Program-made: the position numbers and the translations under genes
Notes under the pieces: model-generated
Told to the model about the DNA's origin: nothing
The model's input: the letters and a program-made list of their open reading frames with translations, nothing else
The model's database searches: none
Shown here: piece after piece, positions 61,289-64,000 of the stretch
How the letters are laid out: each line of letters opens with the position of its first letter
Position numbering within the stretch: position 1 is the stretch's first letter
Assembly: GCA_963765205.1 (NCBI GenBank)
Contig: CAVXVB010000007.1
Coordinates: forward strand, 192,001 to 256,000
Source of the DNA: an uncultured Verrucomicrobiae bacterium
Lineage (GTDB): Bacteria; Verrucomicrobiota; Verrucomicrobiia; Opitutales; JABDGR01
Length of the DNA: 64,000 bases
Direction of reading: 5' to 3'

Positions 61289-64000
61289 TCAATTTGTGAT
61301 GACGGTCACGCCGTTGCTGGTGCGATAGCTGCCGCTCTGCGGGATGTCGGGCAGCGGGCCGGGCGCGCTGCGCGGCTGCTGCGCGTTGGCCTGGTTCTGG
61401 AGAGTCGTGATCAGGGTGGTGCGCTGCTGGTCGGTCAGGCCTGGGGTGGACTGGAGGGCGGTGATGGCGGCGTCAGGGTCTTTATTACCCCATTGGGTGG
61501 TCACTGTGCGGATGGCGTTCGCGCGTTGCGTGGGGTCGTCAATCGTCGTGGCCCAATTAAAAGCCGTGGCAGGGTCGCTGGCGGCTTGTGAGGTGACGAG
61601 GCGGGTGACGGCGGTGTCGCGCGGGGAGCCGGTCGGCAGCGTGTTGATCCATTGGGAGGCGGCGGAGGGATTGTCCCGCAGCCAGTTGGTCGCAATCGTG
61701 CCCACGGCGTTGTCGAGCGAGGAGCCGGTCAACCCGCTGGAGTTAAGCAAATTCACCGCCGTGGCGGGATCCTGGCTGCTCCAAGTGCTGATGACGTTGC
61801 CCACGATTTGGTTGCGCGTGTCGCCCACAGGCAGTTGCTCGGCGTAATCATAGGCGGCTTGCGGGTCGGCATTGGCGAGTTGGGAGACGGCGGTGCCGAG
61901 GGCGGCGTTGCGCTCGGAGGTGTCGGGCAATCCGCTGGCCCATTGGAGGGCGGCGTTCGGGTCGGTCTGCGCCCAGGTGCGCGCCAGGTTGTTGGCGACG
62001 TTGTTCACGTTCACATCGTTCGGCGAGACGTTTTGCAAATACGCGGCGGTCGCGGCCGGGTCGGAATTGGACCAGGTGTCGAGGACGTTTTGCAGGGCGC
62101 TTTTGCGCGCCTGCGTGTCTTCGAGGCTGTCGCCCGGCAACTGCTGCACCCAGGTAAGCGCGGATTGCACGTCGTTTTGCGCCCAACTGCTGGCGAGGTT
62201 CGCGATGGAGCTGCTTTTGGCGGTGCCATCGTCCATTTGTGCGATGTAACTGGCGGCGCTGGCGGGGTCGCTCTGGCCCAACTGGCCGAGGATGCGGGTG
62301 ACGGTATTGTCGTAAGTGCCCGAACCGGCGGCGGTATCCACCCATTGGAGGGCGGCATTCGGGTCCGTGTTGGCCCAACTGACGGCGATTTGCTGGACCA
62401 GCGTGCTGCGGCGGTTGCTGTCGGGCAATTGGTCGAGCGCGGCTGCTGCTGCTGCGGGATCCTCGTTGGCCATGCCCCCAATGATGCTACCCAAGGCGTT
62501 GTTGTGCTCGGTACCCTGGAGAGTATTGGCCCAGTCGAGCGCGGCCTGCGGGTCGGCATTGCCCCACGAGTTGGCGATGGCCTGCAGGGCGTTGGTGCGC
62601 GCGCGGCCCACACCCAGGCTCGCGGCGCTCGCGGCGGCGGCGACGGGGTCCTGGTTGGCCCACTGGCTAAAGATGTTGTTGTAGGAATTTGGGTCTTGCT
62701 GCGTCAACGGCAGGCTTTGGAGCAGGGCGAGCGTGGCTTGCGGGTCGTTATTGGCCATGGTGTTCAGGATGTTGTTTTCCGCGTTGCGGCGGGTTTGTGC
62801 GTTGGTGATGTTGCCCAGCGCGGCGAAAGCGGCGTCGGGGTCCTCATTCGCCCAACCGCTATAAAGGCCCTGGATGGCTTGCTCGCGGGCCTGGCCGTTG
62901 GTGATGTTAGCGATGCTGGCGAGCGCGCCTTGCGGGTCGTTCTGCGCCCATTGGGAGTAGACGTTGTTCCAAATCCACGGCTGGTTGAGGCCGACCATCA
63001 TGCCGGGAGTCTGCAAAAGTTTCACGGCGCTTTCGGGATCGCGCCAGGCCATTTGTTGAACGGTGTTCTGGATGATGTCGCGGCGCAAGGGCGCGTTGTC
63101 CAGGCTCTGCACGGCATCAATGGCGGCGGTCGGGTCGTTTTGCATCCAGGCGTTGAAGACGCCCTCCACGGCCTGGCGGCCGCCCTTGCCCAACGGCAGG
63201 GCCTGGGCGGCGGCGAGGGCGGCTTGCGGGTCGTTCTGCGCCCAGGCGCCAAAGACCTGGTTGTAGATATTGGAGTTTCGCGAGAGGCCCGCGCTGCCCA
63301 GCGAATCCAGCAGCGCGAGCGCGGCCTGCGGGTCGGTCTGGGCGAGGTTTTGCGCGATCTCGCCCACGATATTATTGCGCGTCGGGCCGACCGGCAGCTT
63401 GGCCAGGGCGGCCATCATGGCGTCGTCGTCAAACATGATCCAGTCCTGGAAAACCGCCTGCAAGGCATTGTCGCGGTTATTATTGCCCTTGAGTTTCAGC
63501 GCCGCCGCGAAGGCCGCCTGCGGATCGCGCCGCGCCCAGCGGTCGAAAATGTTGCGGTATTGCCAGTTGTTATTGTTGCCGAGGGGGATGGCGGCGAGGA
63601 GCTTGAGGGCCGCGTCCGGGTTGGTGTCCACCAGGTTCAGGGCCAGGTCGGGCACGATGGCGCGCTGCGCGATGAGGGGCAAATCCTTGAGCGCAGCCAG
63701 CGCGTCCTCGGCTTTGTATTGCGCCCAGAAACTGAAGACCCCCGCCAGGGCGGCGTTGCGAAAACTTTCATGGGTGATGGCCTTGGCTGCCGCGAAGGCG
63801 TCGCTCGTGCTGCGCTGGGCCCAGGCTGCAAAAACGTTGTGGTAAGTGTTTTGGTCGTCGCGCGCTTCGCTCAAGGTTTGCAGGTGCGCATAGGCGGACA
63901 ACGGGTCCAGGCGGGCCTCGGCCACGAGCAGTTCGCCGACAATTTGCCGGCGAATTTCCGCGTGCGGCTCCTTGTCCAGCGCGCTCCAGGCGGCCGCCAC
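61289..64000 (-). CDS. Alpha-solenoid repeat protein (W-x3-DP-x-AA repeats), 5'-partial
   Basis: More than 20 repeats of ~31-33 aa such as WAQNDPQAALAAAQALP; the ORF is open at the window edge. Confidence 0.85.
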   Translation of the reverse strand: MAAAWSALDKEPHAEIRRQIVGELLVAEARLDPLSAYAHLQTLSEARDDQNTYHNVFAAWAQRSTSDAFAAAKAITHESFRNAALAGVFSFWAQYKAEDALAALKDLPLIAQRAIVPDLALNLVDTNPDAALKLLAAIPLGNNNNWQYRNIFDRWARRDPQAAFAAALKLKGNNNRDNALQAVFQDWIMFDDDAMMAALAKLPVGPTRNNIVGEIAQNLAQTDPQAALALLDSLGSAGLSRNSNIYNQVFGAWAQNDPQAALAAAQALPLGKGGRQAVEGVFNAWMQNDPTAAIDAVQSLDNAPLRRDIIQNTVQQMAWRDPESAVKLLQTPGMMVGLNQPWIWNNVYSQWAQNDPQGALASIANITNGQAREQAIQGLYSGWANEDPDAAFAALGNITNAQTRRNAENNILNTMANNDPQATLALLQSLPLTQQDPNSYNNIFSQWANQDPVAAAASAASLGVGRARTNALQAIANSWGNADPQAALDWANTLQGTEHNNALGSIIGGMANEDPAAAAAALDQLPDSNRRSTLVQQIAVSWANTDPNAALQWVDTAAGSGTYDNTVTRILGQLGQSDPASAASYIAQMDDGTAKSSSIANLASSWAQNDVQSALTWVQQLPGDSLEDTQARKSALQNVLDTWSNSDPAATAAYLQNVSPNDVNVNNVANNLARTWAQTDPNAALQWASGLPDTSERNAALGTAVSQLANADPQAAYDYAEQLPVGDTRNQIVGNVISTWSSQDPATAVNLLNSSGLTGSSLDNAVGTIATNWLRDNPSAASQWINTLPTGSPRDTAVTRLVTSQAASDPATAFNWATTIDDPTQRANAIRTVTTQWGNKDPDAAITALQSTPGLTDQQRTTLITTLQNQANAQQPRSAPGPLPDIPQSGSYRTSNGVTVITN

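Overview
GC-rich bacterial chromosome segment, most consistent with Verrucomicrobiota/PVC (inferred from the PEP-CTERM protein, gene families and repeat style). It has five parts. (1) 1-28405: the 3' part of one giant (>9,400 aa) Gly/Asn/Thr-rich surface protein with autotransporter-associated beta-strand repeats and a C-terminal PEP-CTERM signal. It is split by four single-site frameshifts that are probably assembly errors, and it carries a second ~100-aa module nested inside itself up to three levels deep. (2) tRNA-Ile2 and a complete F-type ATP synthase operon (atpBEFHAGDC). Five consecutive gene junctions hold inverted heptamer-repeat cassettes, one enclosing a four-helix-bundle gene. (3) Housekeeping and envelope genes (FecR-like lipoprotein, glutaminyl cyclase, PaaK-like ligase, trmB, YdeI-like, argH). 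(4) A ~6.7 kb integrative element at tRNA-Pro(GGG) with an HUH rolling-circle Rep, a HipBST-like TA system, an AlpA-like excisionase and a tyrosine integrase. The integrase ORF runs through the att site. On excision it would gain a new C-terminus and become translationally coupled to the rep operon, which is the most interesting signal in the window. (5) rpsB-tsf, a GlmU-like protein, higBA, hisN, an exonuclease, a hybrid PAS kinase and a partial alpha-solenoid repeat protein. All calls come from reading the sequence; no database searches were run.
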